From positions 52,886,001-52,950,000 of the forward strand of contig OZ024747.1 of the NCBI GenBank assembly GCA_964016885.1: a stretch of DNA of 64,000 nucleotides, written 5' to 3'. This document shows positions 12,261 through 25,139 of the stretch, piece by piece (the first letter of the stretch is position 1; the number at the start of each line of letters is the position of its first letter). Made by a program: the position numbers and the translations under genes. Source of the DNA: Eledone cirrhosa. Its lineage: Eukaryota. Below the pieces are notes generated by a model. It did no database searches and was not told where the DNA came from. It saw nothing but the letters and a program-made list of their open reading frames with translations.

Positions 12261-12685
12261 TGGCAGACACTTAGAGCATGCAAAGATCAGATGGGATGTG
12301 CATAAGCAATGCCCTGGTGTATCCCTTCAAACGATCGGTGTCTCCATTGAACTGATGTGCCCTGAGTGTCGAAAGATGTGCTTGAGCAAATTGGTCTGAG
12401 GAGCTACAGTTGCAGCCATGTTCAGAGAGAACCAATGAATTATGATCTCCACGGTATTGCAAAATGTATTGAATGTAGCCATGAATGTTTATCTGTAGCG
12501 GTATGTGAAGGTTCACAGGCATCCTGATGCAAAAACTGAGGCTAGAGAGATCCATAGTTGTCGTCAATGTGCCATGGTGTCCAAGTCTCTAGCAGTCTGG
12601 AAAAGCCATATCCGAACATCACACATGTGATTCTGACAAGCAATTGCAATACTCTTAGCATGAGTTTGCAGCTATCATGTATCCA
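12261..12685 (+). mobile_element. Decayed RTE-clade LINE 3' end with C2H2 zinc fingers and (TATG)n tail
   Basis: Frameshifted translation: LEHAKIRWDVHKQ...LMCPECRKMCLSK...HSCRQCAMVSKSLAVWKSHIRTSHM*. Same architecture as 40925-41645. Confidence 0.72.
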
Positions 12686-12774
12686 TGTATGTATGTGTAC
12701 AAGTATGTATTATGTATGTATGTATGTATGTATGTATGTATGTATGTATGTATGTATGTATATATGTATGTATG

Positions 12775-13383
12775 TCAGGTCACCAGTTGGTGCTACTGGT
12801 AACAAGTATCCCAGTACAACCTGTCTCATGGTCGGGTCGTTGGCGACTAAACTGGCAACCCCACCAAGGTTTCTTGGTGAGGAGGGTGACTTTGGACATC
12901 CTGCAGGACTAAAAACAAAACCTGTCAAAGGGCAAAGGAGCTCTTAAGAGTCAATGGCCATCCAAAATCACCGGGAGAGATGACCCCTTAGCCTTTGTCA
13001 AGGCAGAATTCTAGGAGAAGGAAAACTCTGATATAACACCTGCAACCCTGATGGTATCCAATGATGTTGACTTGTTCTTCTTTTTGGTAAATATCATCTT
13101 GGTTAAGAGAGTGGGACTGGCTTTGTGCAGTGCCTTTGCTCACTATAAAAGCTTCACGGCACAGGCATTGCTTTATATCTGGAGATCTCTCTGCACTTGT
13201 CATCACATGGTACCATGGGCCCAGCACTATGTGTCAATAATTGTCACAGGTGTAGTGTTTGTAACAGAGCTTTCAAGTCGCTGGCTGGACTAAAATGTCA
13301 CACTCGTTCAGCGTATCGGTAAGGGTTCTCCTACATGGATATAAAGTAGTGGCCGTACTCGAAAACGAGTTGGCAGCCATCAT
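12775..13383 (+). mobile_element. ~610-bp retroposon, copy 2
   Basis: Same start (TCAGGTCACCAG) and end (GGCAGCCAYCAT) as copy 1. Confidence 0.9.
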
Positions 13384-13403
13384 GTATATATATATATATA
13401 TAA

Positions 13404-13536
13404 GTGTAGTGTTTGTACCAGAGTTTTCAAGTCGCTGGCTGGACTAAAAAGTCATAGTCGTCAGCGCATCGGTAGGGGTTCTCCTACATGGATATAAAGT
13501 AGTGGCCGTACTCGAAAATGAGTTGGCAGCCACCAT
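13404..13536 (+). mobile_element. ~610-bp retroposon, 3'-terminal 130 bp only
   Basis: Matches the end of copy 1. Confidence 0.85.
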
Positions 13537-13569
13537 GTATGTATGTATGTATGTATGTATGTATGTATA

Positions 13570-13890
13570 TCTCTCTTTCTCTTAATTTTGAGTATATTTT
13601 TGACTGGCCACCTTCCTGGTGGCAAGGTTGTAAAAGAAAAGAAATTGTCATCCCTTGAATTGCAAGAATGTTTTGCAAACTTTGAAGGTGCCAGCTATCG
13701 CAGCCATTTGTAGACTATGAATTAGGGAGCCGCGCTTTATCCGCAAATCCAAGTTCAGTTATACATTGGTCCAAGCGAGTTGGTATATAACCTGTAGCTC
13801 CAATAATGATGGGTATGAAGCTAAAGGTGTATCTTGGATACTGGATTTGTAAACTCCTCATCAATGGTCCATAGATGTCCTCCTTCTTCT
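13570..13890 (-). mobile_element. RLE-type (R4/Dong-like) LINE 3' end in (TACA)n
   Basis: KKEDIYGPLMRSLQIQYPRYTFSFIPIIIGATGYIP..., then after a frameshift LQMAAIAGTFKVCKTFLQFKG*. The K..Y..L and PiiiGa.G motifs are typical of the restriction-like endonuclease C-terminus. Confidence 0.82.
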
Positions 13891-14957
13891 GTATGTATGT
13901 ATGTATGTATGTATGTATGTATGTATGTATGTATGTATGTGTATGTGTGTATGTATGTGACTGTCTATGCCTGTGGACAATAGGACACATGATATGAATA
14001 ACAGATCACTACATTGAAAGATCTCACATCTGGTATTATGAACATTTAGTATGAATGTCTAAGGAAAGAATTGCAGGGTGTCCAGCTGTAGAAAACATGC
14101 CACAAATTGAGCACATGAACAAGACGTGGTCCTCTCCACCTTGTCATATACTGGGCAGTGACAAATCTTCCAACTATCAACTACCTTACAGGGTGTACTG
14201 GGTGTATTTTACTGTCTCTTTACAGAATGTAATGGATCCTCCTCCTCCTTGAGAAGGTTGTGGAGGCAGAGTTCACAGACATCGGAAGCAACTGTTTCCA
14301 AATGATCTGACTGTATCTCCAAATGAGACCAACCAAGCTTACAAATGTTATTCCACCATCTTGCTCATGGTCCACCTGTGGGTCTCCTGCCTATTGGTTT
14401 CTTTGTTTTCCTTATATTGCAGTTTCTGTTTCAGTGATCTTATTCACACCAGTCACCAATCTGGTGCTTTGTCAAACCCACAAAGCTAGGCTTTTTTAGA
14501 GGTGGCCCTCACTCACCTAATCATAGCTTCATCACTGGGTTGTGGAAGTTATCTCGAGAGTTGCAAGTGTCACCCATTGCTCCATCTCCCCTAATAGTTT
14601 ACTGCTGTTGGTCTGGGGTTGCTTATTCATCTGGCAGTTGCCCATATATTGCAACAAACCATCATATCTGGTGGCCATATTGCTATCCACCACCTGTGAC
14701 TCGTTCTCTAGCAGGACAGTTAGAGAACCTATTGGTTTTGCCTGTAAAATCTCTCTTATGATTCTGTCTTTAGCCAATCTAACTCTATACCAGTAGTACC
14801 TGAGCTTTGGCTAAGATATTTCTTTTCTTTTCTTACTTGTTTCTTGTTTTTGTTTGTTATTGTATTTGCTTGTATCAATTACATTGTCAGTGTTTGCCAA
14901 TATAAATCTCTTTCTACTTAATATATTCTAATATTATGCTTATATTTCTATTTCATT

Positions 14958-14978
14958 GTTGCTTAGCAACTTCCGGAA
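14958..14978. promoter_or_regulatory. Possible RFX X-box (GTTGCTTAGCAAC) with adjacent ETS-like CTTCCGGAA
   Basis: Motif match only, in a non-repetitive stretch. Confidence 0.3.
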
Positions 14979-15344
14979 TATAAAAAAAAAAAAAAAATAA
15001 TGAGTTACAATACACATGTCTAGTTAGTCACATCTGGGCCACCTTCCAAAATGTCAAATTTCTTTCTTGCCCTTAATTCTAATAGAATTTGAAGTATTTT
15101 GATAAAAATATCATATTTTAACCCGCCCACTCTTTTTCTCTATCTCAATATATGTATGTATATATATAAATACATATATACATGCACATATATATATATC
15201 ATCATCATCCTCATCATCATTGTTTAACATCCATCTTCAATGCGAGCATGAGTAGGACGGGTTAACCCTTAGGGAGAGAATCAGATCAGAGGACCATGTT
15301 TAGCTCGCCCGGGCCATATATATTTATATATATATGAAAAATGT

Positions 15345-15462
15345 AAAAGAATTACTTCACCTGCAGTTAGTATTCTAAACAATTTAATTATATAATTATA
15401 AAATTGTAAAATTATAGAATTAAATTGTTTAGAATATCAACTACATGTGAAGTCATTCTTTT
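15345..15462. repeat. Old imperfect palindrome (~55-bp arms) between TA tracts
   Basis: AAAAGAATTACTTCAC..TATTCTAAACAATTTAATT / AATTAAATTGTTTAGAATA..GTGAAGTCATTCTTTT. Confidence 0.7.
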
Positions 15463-15507
15463 CTTTTTTTCAAATAAAACTAACTGAACCAGGGATTTCA
15501 CACTTTT

Positions 15508-15553
<46 letters not shown>

Positions 15554-15557
<4 letters not shown>

Positions 15558-15873
15558 TCATCACCGTTTTACGTCCGTTCTTCCACGCTAGCATGGGTTA
15601 GACGGGTTGTCCTGTTGTGGGCAGTGCCTGGTCGGCTGACCATGCCTTGCTCATACAGGAACTGATCTGGCTTGATTTCTACAGCTGGATGCCCTTCCTA
15701 ACACCAACCTCATTTACAGTGAGTGCTGGGTGCTTTTTCGTGGCGCCTACACGTCCACTTTACAGTGTGGGCTGGGTGCTTTTTTGCCGTGGCACCTCCA
15801 CGACCACCTTGCGGTGGGGGGGGGGCATATTGTTTATATGCTTCAGCATGTACCCATGGGAGGTCGGGTACCC
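15554..15873 (-). mobile_element. 5'-truncated copy of the 4545-5343 LINE 3' UTR
   Basis: Reverse complement of ~5020-5330. Confidence 0.88.
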
Positions 15874-16153
15874 TATATATATATAAATTTTAGTAAGTAA
15901 GTTAATTTTTAATTTTTAAAATTTTCCTATTTTACGTCTTTCATATAATTGTTCTGCATCCTCCTGCATTGAACCACCTAGGTACTATGACATAACTTAT
16001 GTATTTGCTAGCATTAGTGTACATCTGTACGCATATGTTGGTAAATATACTAATTCTATATATATATATATATATATATATACACGGCTATGAATTTGAT
16101 TTTGCAAGGTTTTTGAGATCAAACAGTGTGTTGAAATAAATATTGTTATATTT

Positions 16154-16463
16154 GGGGAGGGTCATATTGTTATAATATTGCCAGAAATAATAATAAAACA
16201 CACTCACTGTTTGGTTTGGATTGGTTTTTGCTTGTATATTTCGTATCCCTATAGTCAATTTAGCTGACAATCAATGTTTATCATTGATTGACCAACGGTT
16301 AAAAATATAGTTATAAATATATATATATATATAGTCTATCAAAGTTCTTTCATCACACACCTGTGACATCATCAGTGGTACTATTATTATGTTTCCTCCC
16401 GTTGACAAGTGAGTGTGTTTTATTATTATTTTTGGTAATATTATAACAATATCACCGTCCCCA
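16154..16463. mobile_element. 56-bp inverted repeats (16154-16209/16408-16463) enclosing a TA tract and a degenerate minus-strand hammerhead (16337-16380)
   Basis: Minus strand: TACCA-CTGATGA-tgtcac aggtgt gtgat-GAAAGAACTT-TGATA. Confidence 0.55.
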
Positions 16464-16629
16464 TACACAGATACACACAGATACACAGACATACACACAT
16501 ACACACACAGATACAAACACACACACACATACACACACAGATACAAACACACACACTCACACATACACACACATATACACACACACATACACACAGATAC
16601 ACACACACACATACACATACAGATACACA

Positions 16630-16675
<46 letters not shown>

Positions 16676-16874
16676 TACACACACACATATATAGACATAT
16701 ACAGATGATGGACTCTACAGGTAAACAGATGGAGTCAAATTAACATAGAGATAGATATTTATGGGACAAACTTACATATACATACATAGATAGATAAAAA
16801 TGTATATATATACACACACACGCACATATATATATATACATATCTCTCTCTCTATATATATATATATATACATA

Positions 16875-17067
16875 TGGGAAAAGGCATGACCCCGACAGCA
16901 GAGCTCAAGCCGTTTCGACAAATATTTCTGGACATATATATAGCCGTCAAAACGGCTTGAGCTCTGCCGTCGGGGTCATACCTTTTCCTATTCCCAACTC
17001 TACTACCCTAAGTATTGAGTACTCTGGTGCGTTATGGTCCATCTGGTTCCTTACCACTATTCCTTCG
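16875..17067 (+). mobile_element. Fold-back family A, second subfamily
   Basis: GGAAAAGGCATGACCCCGACAGCAGAGCTCAAGCCGTTT...AAACGGCTTGAGCTCTGCCGTCGGGGTCATACCTTTTCC plus the same tail as 4440-4515. Confidence 0.78.
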
Positions 17068-17087
17068 ATATATATACATATATATAT

Positions 17088-17380
17088 ATCATCATCATCA
17101 TCATCATCATCATTTTACATCCGCTTTTCTCTGCTTGCAAGGGTGGGACGGGAACTGATTCTAGCTTGATTTCTACAGCTGGATGCCCTTCCTAACACCA
17201 ACCTCATTTACAGTGTTGGCTGGGTGCTTTTTTTTCCATGGCACCTCCATGACCACTTTGCAGTGGAATGATTAGGACCCCAGTCCCTATCATCTCATTT
17301 CTACAGCTGAGTAAACTGGAGCAATGTGAAATAAAGTGTCTTGCTCAAGGAAACAACACATCACCCGGTCTGAGAATTGA
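17088..17380 (-). mobile_element. tRNA-derived SINE with RTE-type tail
   Basis: Matches the 29017 and 47063 copies. Confidence 0.87.
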
Positions 17381-17525
17381 TATATATATATATATATAAT
17401 TGGTGTTGGATGCTTAAAGCGTCCGTATGCGGTAGGCCGTATGAGCACTTGATGCTCTCATAGAGCAGAGTATGATATCACAGAAAAAAAGAGAATCAGT
17501 GGTGCGACGAATGGAATTTATTGGG

Positions 17526-17617
17526 CATATTACAATCGTTTCTCTGGCGACCAGCTCAAGGCACGATCGATGTGATGATCGAACCTGCCTCTGAAAATCG
17601 CAATGTCCTCAGATACG
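17526..17617 (-). ncRNA. Type-I hammerhead with extended stem II, within TA-flanked island 17400-17652
   Basis: Minus strand: CGTAT-CTGAGGA-(~63-nt hairpin: gcgat/gtcgc, aggca/tgcct, tcgat/atcga)-GAAACGATTGTA-ATATG. Relative at 61985-62170. Confidence 0.72.
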
Positions 17618-17757
17618 TCTTGATTCTACGAAGCAGATTTTCCTTTGTCTGTGATATATATACATATATATATATATTCTAAATATACTCTGTCACTCCT
17701 ATGTGGAAAAAGTATTGTTGAGTGCTTGAATTGAATTGCATCAATGTTTACCTTAAG

Positions 17758-17821
<64 letters not shown>

Positions 17822-18396
17822 CACATACACACACACACATATATATATATGTATATATGTATGTGTCTATATATATAAACACACGTGTCATATCGTATAT
17901 ACCATAGAGACACGTGTATCTTAAAACTTCTCACACTCCATACAACACAAACACAGAACCCATTAAAATATTAGTTTCCAGCCATCACCCCCCAATCACC
18001 CTCCACCGCCACCACCCATACTATTGCCCCCCCCCCTCCCCATACCACCCTCCACCCCACCCATACCAGCCACCAGCCACCCCACCCATACCAGTGTCCC
18101 CCTCCCAACACCACCACCACCACCAGTGCCCCCACCACCATCATTTTTTTCAATGTCTCTCTCTCTCTATTGTAAAGTTTGCAATTTTCATAAGTGACTT
18201 TAATAATGAGCTCATATAAAGCTGAGCAGTGATTGGTCAGTTGTAGAGGTCATGTGACTGTTGCATAGAAATTAGTATTTAGTTTGTGTTCTGTTGAACA
18301 ACTGGTGAATTTAATCTCATCAATACCTAACAAATCATCAATTATACATGGACTTAAGATTTTTCATGGATCACTGAACAGCTGCATAGACACACA

Positions 18397-18460
<64 letters not shown>

Positions 18461-18463
<3 letters not shown>

Positions 18464-18592
18464 TCCCACCTACTTTTCTCCTGAAGAAGGGCCTTATGCC
18501 CGAAACGTCGTTCCCCACCCCCCACCCTCAAGATCGTGGAACTAATAACCCTTTGTTTGTACTGCCTCTCTGCTTTGTTCCCGTTCCATTTT

Positions 18593-18597
<5 letters not shown>
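18461..18597 (+). mobile_element. TA-flanked island with hammerhead core
   Basis: CTGAAGA-aGGGC cttat GCCC-GAAACGTC at 18481-18509; stem I is unclear. The downstream tail recurs in reverse at 60405-60490 and 61068-61152. Confidence 0.6.
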
Positions 18598-18642
<45 letters not shown>

Positions 18643-18661
18643 TATATATATATACACATTA

Positions 18662-18715
<54 letters not shown>

Positions 18716-18754
18716 CATATATATATATACATATATATATATTTATATATAAAC

Positions 18755-18792
<38 letters not shown>

Positions 18793-18969
18793 GCACACAC
18801 ATATATATACATATGTATATACTCACATACTCATATACATACATAAATAAATAACAGTAAAAACACATCCGTATAAAAATAGATTTACAATAATGCAATA
18901 TAATCACAAATATATGTGTGTGTGTATATATATATAAATATGTGTTTGCATGTATGCGTATAATATACA

Positions 18970-19018
<49 letters not shown>

Positions 19019-19479
19019 AGACCTTCAGACAAGGCAATTTACTGTTGCACACCTTGAAACTATGCTACTTACTATCACACACACACACATATACTTTTTC
19101 ACATATACACACACCCACATTGTCTGTTACACACAGACATACACATTCACACCTCCACACTGACTCATATATATCTTCACTCTCTCACACACACATCTAC
19201 ATACACACTAATGTACATAATATATAATGCCAAAAGTCCCATGATACTTGATTCAGTGATAGGGTCGCTGTTTTGATATATTTCATGTCTAAAGCATTTA
19301 AAATCTGTATAAACCCCTTCTTCTCTCTATCTATCTATATATATATGGCAGAGTGTGGCCTATTATGCAATAGGGTTGTCGGCACTGCAGAGAATAATAG
19401 TTTTTTATACAGAAACTACGTAATATGACAGCTGAAGCTTGATGACATCTGTTTTCCCCATACCAATGGTTGGCACGGG

Positions 19480-19840
19480 TAAATGGTTGGTTTAACAGGA
19501 ATTAAAAGATGAAGCGAGCAAGATCTGTCGGATGTACAATGTTAAGAAATTTGTATGACAAAGTATGAATGAGCTGAGTATAAGAAGAATCAGTTGTATT
19601 GTGCAGGAGAGAAGACTGCACTGGTATGGACATGTGATGCCTATCAATAATGATCATTGACTGAAAAATATGCTACAAAATCTCAGTGGAAGGAAGCTGT
19701 AGTACAGGAAGACCAAGGAAGACATGGATAGAGGTTGTGAAGGCTGATGTCTAATCACTACAACTCACAGTTAAGACAATGAATGACTACTATAAGTGGA
19801 ATGATGCTGTGTTGAAAAAGACCTGTCCAACCCATGCAAA
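19480..19840 (+). pseudogene. Decayed RTE LINE 3' end
   Basis: LSIRRISCIVQERRLHWYGHVM...VEGSCSTGRPRKTWIEVVKADV*, homologous to 4780-5040. Confidence 0.82.
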
Positions 19841-20039
19841 TAGTGTTGGAGTTACTGTGGTATTGATGTAAAATACTAATGTGAGGATGATATAATACAT
19901 ATGGTTACATTCTGATATATATTCAATGGATAAGATTAAATATATTTTAACAAATGTAAAGTATACAATATTGCTCTAACATCAATAGGGTACACTCCTA
20001 CCACATCTACACTAACATAACCGAGACTACTCAAACTCT

Positions 20040-20660
20040 AACACAACAATTATATCAATGCCACTTTAACACTAACATTACACTTACATTAACACCAGAC
20101 TAACACTAACACTACACTTACATTAACACCACTTTGAAACTACACTTACATCAACACCACTTTGAAACTACACTTACATCAACACCACTTTGAAACTACA
20201 CTTACATCAACACTGATTTGAGACTACACTGACATCAACACCACTTTGAGACTACACTTACATCAACACCACTTTGAAACTACACTTACATCAACACCAC
20301 TTTGAAACTACACTTACATAAACACCGCTTTGAGACTACACTGACATCAACACCACTTTGAGACTACACTTACATCAACACCACTTTGAAACTACACTTA
20401 CATCAACACCACTTTGAGACTACACTGACATCAACACCACTTTGAGACTACACTGACATCAACACCACTTTGAAACTACACTTACATCAACACCAGTTTG
20501 AAACTACACTTACATCAAGACCAATTTGAGACTACACTTACACCAACACCACTTTGAAACTACACTTACATCAAGACCAATTTGAGACTACACTTACATC
20601 AACACCACTTTGAAACTACACTTACATCAACGCCACTTTGAGACTACACTTACATTAACC
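20040..20660. repeat. 28-bp minisatellite (AACACCACTTTGARACTACACTKACATC)n, ~19 copies with degenerate left edge
   Basis: Direct reading. Confidence 0.95.
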
Positions 20661-20891
20661 TTTTACCTATAAAGCAATATATGCAGTAAAATACACAAAT
20701 AGCATGCTACACTAATATATGACTCTTAATCAGCAGTAACAGCAGCAGCAGCATCACCACCACCATCACCACCACTACCTCTAACACCGCCACCACCACC
20801 ACCATCACCATCACAAAAAACAGTAATACAACACCATAATCAACTACAATCAACAAATACATTGTGATTGATGATTCCTTTTTATAGATAA

Positions 20892-21682
20892 CTAGCAGTA
20901 AAGCCCGGCGTTGCTCGGGGTCGCTCAGTAGCTGTGTTAAAGTTACAATGTTAAGTTTCTTTTTTGGCTTAAAAACTGTAATGTCTACTGTGCAGACTTG
21001 CATGTGGTGTTTTTGATTAATATTCCCTCAACCAACAATATGCCTTATGAAGTTAAGAAAACATAACGATAACCCGAATGTTATAACAAAAGAGGATGCT
21101 GGGGATAAAAACTGCACTGGTTATTTATTAACAAAGATCGAAAATGTAAACACTGCAACGCAGAGAAAAACATTAGCGTAACCAAATTATCAGTTATGTC
21201 TGTCTGCACGCCTATATCACCTCTCTGCACGACTGTCTGTCTGCACGCCTGAAATATTTGCTTGTTTTACGTAGTCTTTAAATAGACTTGTTTTCAAGTA
21301 AAAATATTGTTTTAAAATGCTTTTAAATGGAAATGAAGCAAAACGGAAGCTTAGTGTTCGAACTGATGAATTTTGCAGGTCAATATTTTGCTGGCTCGAC
21401 AACTGAGAAAGCCAGCGTAATTTTTTACGTAAGACGCTCAATGTAAACAGAACAAAGGGAAATAACTGATAACTTACGCTCAAAAATCGATACATTATAT
21501 TCGATTTCGTCACATAGGGTGGGTCAATTTGAAATATGTTTTTTCCGATGTCTTCGCTAGGGCTCAATGTACAAGTATAGCAATTTCGGTGCAATTCCGT
21601 GAGAGATTCTAAGAGGAGATGTGTGCCAAAAATCGATAGACAGACAGACAACCACAGTTTTATATATATATATATATATAGA
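20892..21682 (-). mobile_element. Non-autonomous Helitron (~790 bp)
   Basis: Minus strand begins A|TCTATATAT..AAAACTG and ends CCCGAGCAACGCCGGG-CTTTACTG-CTAG|T. This gives 5' TC, subterminal hairpin, 3' CTAG and an A|T target. Confidence 0.85.
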
Positions 21683-21719
21683 TAGATGGTTGATATCACT
21701 CCACTGACAACCCCCCCCC

Positions 21720-21975
21720 CCCCCTCCGCCACCAATGGCACCACCACCACCACCATCATCACCATTATCATCATCATCATCACCACCATCATTCCCACCA
21801 CCACCATCATTCCCACCACCATCATCACCACCATCATCCCCACCACCATCATCAATACCATCATCATAATCACCATTATCACCATCATCACCATCACCAC
21901 CACCATCATCCCCACCACCATCATCAATACCACCATCATCAATACCACTATCATCATAATCACCATCACTATGGT
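21720..21975. repeat. (CAC/CAT)n low-complexity triplet repeat
   Basis: Direct reading. Confidence 0.9.
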
Positions 21976-22059
21976 GACAATGACCCAAACCAAGGCCACT
22001 ACCAGTCCTCTTACTATCTCTCTCTCTATTTCTGTCCATCTTTTTCTTGTGGGTATCAT

Positions 22060-22118
<59 letters not shown>

Positions 22119-22120
<2 letters not shown>

Positions 22121-22574
22121 GATATTAAATAAATGGAAACTATATTTATAAAACCATATTTATTTCATTATATATATTTCAGGGATATCATATTAACAAT
22201 ATGTTATGCCTTCTTCAGACAAAATACAATATAGACAGTTTTATAGATAAATAGATTTGACATACCGTTCAACATCGACTTGTATTTGAAAAAGTTGATC
22301 TGCCAAATCAACTTTTTCAAATACAAGTCGATGTTGAACGGTATGTCAAATCTATTTATCTATAAAACTGTCTATATTGTATTTTGTCTGAAGAAGGCAT
22401 AACATATTGTTAATATGATATCCCTGAAATATATATAATGAAATAAATATGGTTTTATAAATATAGTTTCCATTTATTTAATATCGTAAATATACTCCAA
22501 ATACTTGTTGAGTGCTTTTATATCAGTTATAAGTATTTACTAGTTGTAACCCAACAATTTAAATATAACTTTCC

Positions 22575-22575
<1 letters not shown>
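22119..22575 (+). mobile_element. TA-flanked fold-back element with ~180-bp arms (22119-22299/22307-22487), hammerhead and 88-bp tail
   Basis: Essentially perfect inverted repeat. 22380-22445: TATTTTGT-CTGAAGA-stem II-GAAATATATATA-ATGAAATA. Second copy at 61179. Confidence 0.85.
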
Positions 22576-22606
<31 letters not shown>

Positions 22607-23057
22607 AAGTGGAAGCTTAGTAAAATCGAAGCTTTGGCTGTGGCCAAGCAAAGTCGACCTACAATAAGGAATGAGTAGCAAAGCACTCGATAAGGGTAGG
22701 AGGTCCTTAGAGTAATAACATTACGTTTAAATAGCGTGACAAATTGAAAATTGCGGTAGGCAAAACCCAACCATACAATACCAAAAGAAACGAAAGAACT
22801 AATCAGGTTAAAATGTATATATGTATATGTCTGTGTTTATGTGTGCATGTGATTGTGTGTGTATGTGTATGTGTGTGGTGTAAGAGAATACTAGACAATA
22901 CTACAAAACTAGTCCAAGCTATTCCTTCTAAATTCTAAACACTTGTGGGTAAGTAGACTGTGTCTGATTGACACACATTTAGATCTCCTCTCTTTCTCTT
23001 AAAAGGACTACTTTGCTATATTTATATATATATATAGCAAAATAGTCCTTTATTTAT

Positions 23058-23100
<43 letters not shown>

Positions 23101-23769
23101 CTCCTGTATATCTTCTGCAGTGGTGATCCTATGTTATCACAAGATACCCTGCTTCATTATACTTCATTATACTTGAAAAGTCTATCTAGTATGGTGTTGA
23201 AAAGATATGTAACAGTTGGTTTAGTGTCATTTGGTGGCAAGAAGCCATGCTCTTTCTTAGATGCAGCAACCTTGGTTTTTGTCTCCTCGTTAACCCTAAT
23301 TTTCTTACCCGAATTCTAATAAAAGATGCTAGCTATGGTTTTAAAATAATCTAAAAATTAATCAAATATTTAGATGAATTTACTAATTTAGATTTCATTT
23401 TAACACTTTTGAAATCAACACACCTGAACCTGCTCATGATTCTACATAACAAAGTTGTTTATAATAAATTGTTTGTATTTATCGAAAGAGCATCCATTAC
23501 TGTTTCATGTAAGAACATTTGTTAAGATATATTTCTTTCAGCAGATAAATGATGAGAAAGTTATTTATATTACTAAATTCCACAGAATTCTTGATTATTT
23601 TCCAAATTATTTGAAAATCATTTTCATTAGAAATATGCATGGAAGCTGTTTTGTATCATAGAACCAGAAGTGGTTTATGGCTGTTTGGAATTGAAAGGGT
23701 TCAATTAGCCTGGTAGATATTTCTATCTTTACTGGCCTTTTGTTGTGCCCTTATCAATGAGGGCCTCCA

Positions 23770-23990
23770 CTTAGCCTGGTGGACTGGCAAAATTAATAGA
23801 GTATCAAATAAAATGCCATTGCACTATTTGTTCTGGCCCTTCACATCCTGAGTTCAAATCCTGCCAAGATGAACTTTACCTTTTATCCTTTTGGAGTTGA
23901 TAAAATAAAGTACCAGTAAAGTACTGAGTTTATTTAATCAACTTTCTTCTTCCCTCAAATTTGCTGACAGTGTATCTAAATTAGAAATGA
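23770..23990 (+). mobile_element. Decayed tRNA-derived SINE (MetaSINE-like core)
   Basis: GAGTTCAAATCC B-box; ACTTTACCTTTTATCCTTTTGGAGTTGATAAAATAAAGTACCAG. Confidence 0.7.
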
Positions 23991-24146
23991 ATGAAGGTCA
24001 CCACAGCCCAACAGAACTTACCATGATTGAAGCAGATGACACTAACCCTATGACATGGATTTGATTTATCCTTCCTCTGCAGACAAGCCACCATTCTAAC
24101 ATAACATGATACTATTCATGTTCAGTGCCACAAAGTCTTGGACAGA

Positions 24147-24425
24147 TTTCTACATGCCCTTGACCAGTATCGACAAACATAATTCACCTCCATGTAGCAG
24201 ATACATAACATTATATCCCCATGGTCAATTGGTACCTAGCTTTCTACATGCCCTTGACCAGTAACAACAAACATGATTCATTTCCATGTAGTACATACAT
24301 AACATTATAACCTCATGGTCAATTGATACCCAGTTTTATACTTGTCCTTGACCAATACTGACCAACATGCTTCGTCTCCATGTAGCACACACATATATAA
24401 CCCTCTTGGTCAATTGGTACCCAGC
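24147..24425. repeat. ~93-bp tandem repeat x3
   Basis: TTTCTACATGCCCTTGACCAG at 24147, 24241 and ~24334. Confidence 0.85.
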
Positions 24426-24519
24426 TTGAAATAATTCTCTGAATCAAAATTTTACTCAACTTGGTCTCTAGGTCTGTGACTAACACAAATGCTATTGGAC
24501 CTCCTCCATAGATGCTCAT

Positions 24520-24780
24520 AAAATGCACCCAGTACACTCTTTAAAGCTGTAGTGCTGGTGCCACGATAAAATACATCCAGTAGACTCTATAAAGTGTTAG
24601 TGCTGGTGCCATGATAAAACACACCCAGTAGACTCTGTAAAGTGTTAATGCTGGTGTCATGATAAAATGCAATCCAGTACACTCTGTAAACTGTTAGCGC
24701 TGGCGTAATGATAAAATGCACCCAGTACACTCTGTAGACTGTTAGTGCTGGTGTCAGGACAAAATGCACCCAGTACACTC
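24520..24780 (+). repeat. 48-bp tandem repeat x~5.5 derived from a SINE internal segment
   Basis: AAAATGCACCCAGTACACTCTGTAAAGTGTTAGTGCTGGTGCCATGAT; resembles the SINE segment AAAAGCACCCAGC..ACTGTAAAGTG. Confidence 0.85.
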
Positions 24781-25139
24781 AGTAAAATTATCAGGATTAG
24801 GAAAGGGCTCCAGCCAAAGAAACCCTGCCAAAAAGGAATGTATAAGAAGGACATAATCGGACATAATCATCTGAAGGTGTTGGACAAGATGTTTGAGGAA
24901 ATATTTTACAGCCAAAAGCCCTTCCTGACACAAACCCTTTTAGTAACTTCTTACGACATGCAGGGACACGATGTACCTATTTTAAACTGGATATGGAAAG
25001 ATAAATGGTTAGTTTGACAGGAAAGCAAATTTACAGGTAAGTAGAAAGAAAACTAGCAAGATTAAGAGTAATGGATGTTTTAGCCAGATAAAATTTATCT
25101 AGCCATCTATATATCATAAAACATTGCTATTGCTATCAC

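Noticed and set aside
14230-14800. GC-richer stretch with short ORFs on both strands
   Set aside because: No recognisable domain; possibly old transposon sequence, but I cannot support a call
20040-20660. 28-bp repeat as a CRISPR array
   Set aside because: Units are head-to-tail with no spacers
21217-22074. 285-aa ORF
   Set aside because: Chance fusion of a triplet repeat and non-coding Helitron sequence
23002-23051. Short palindrome around (TA)n
   Set aside because: Only ~15-bp unique arms; no element or ribozyme features
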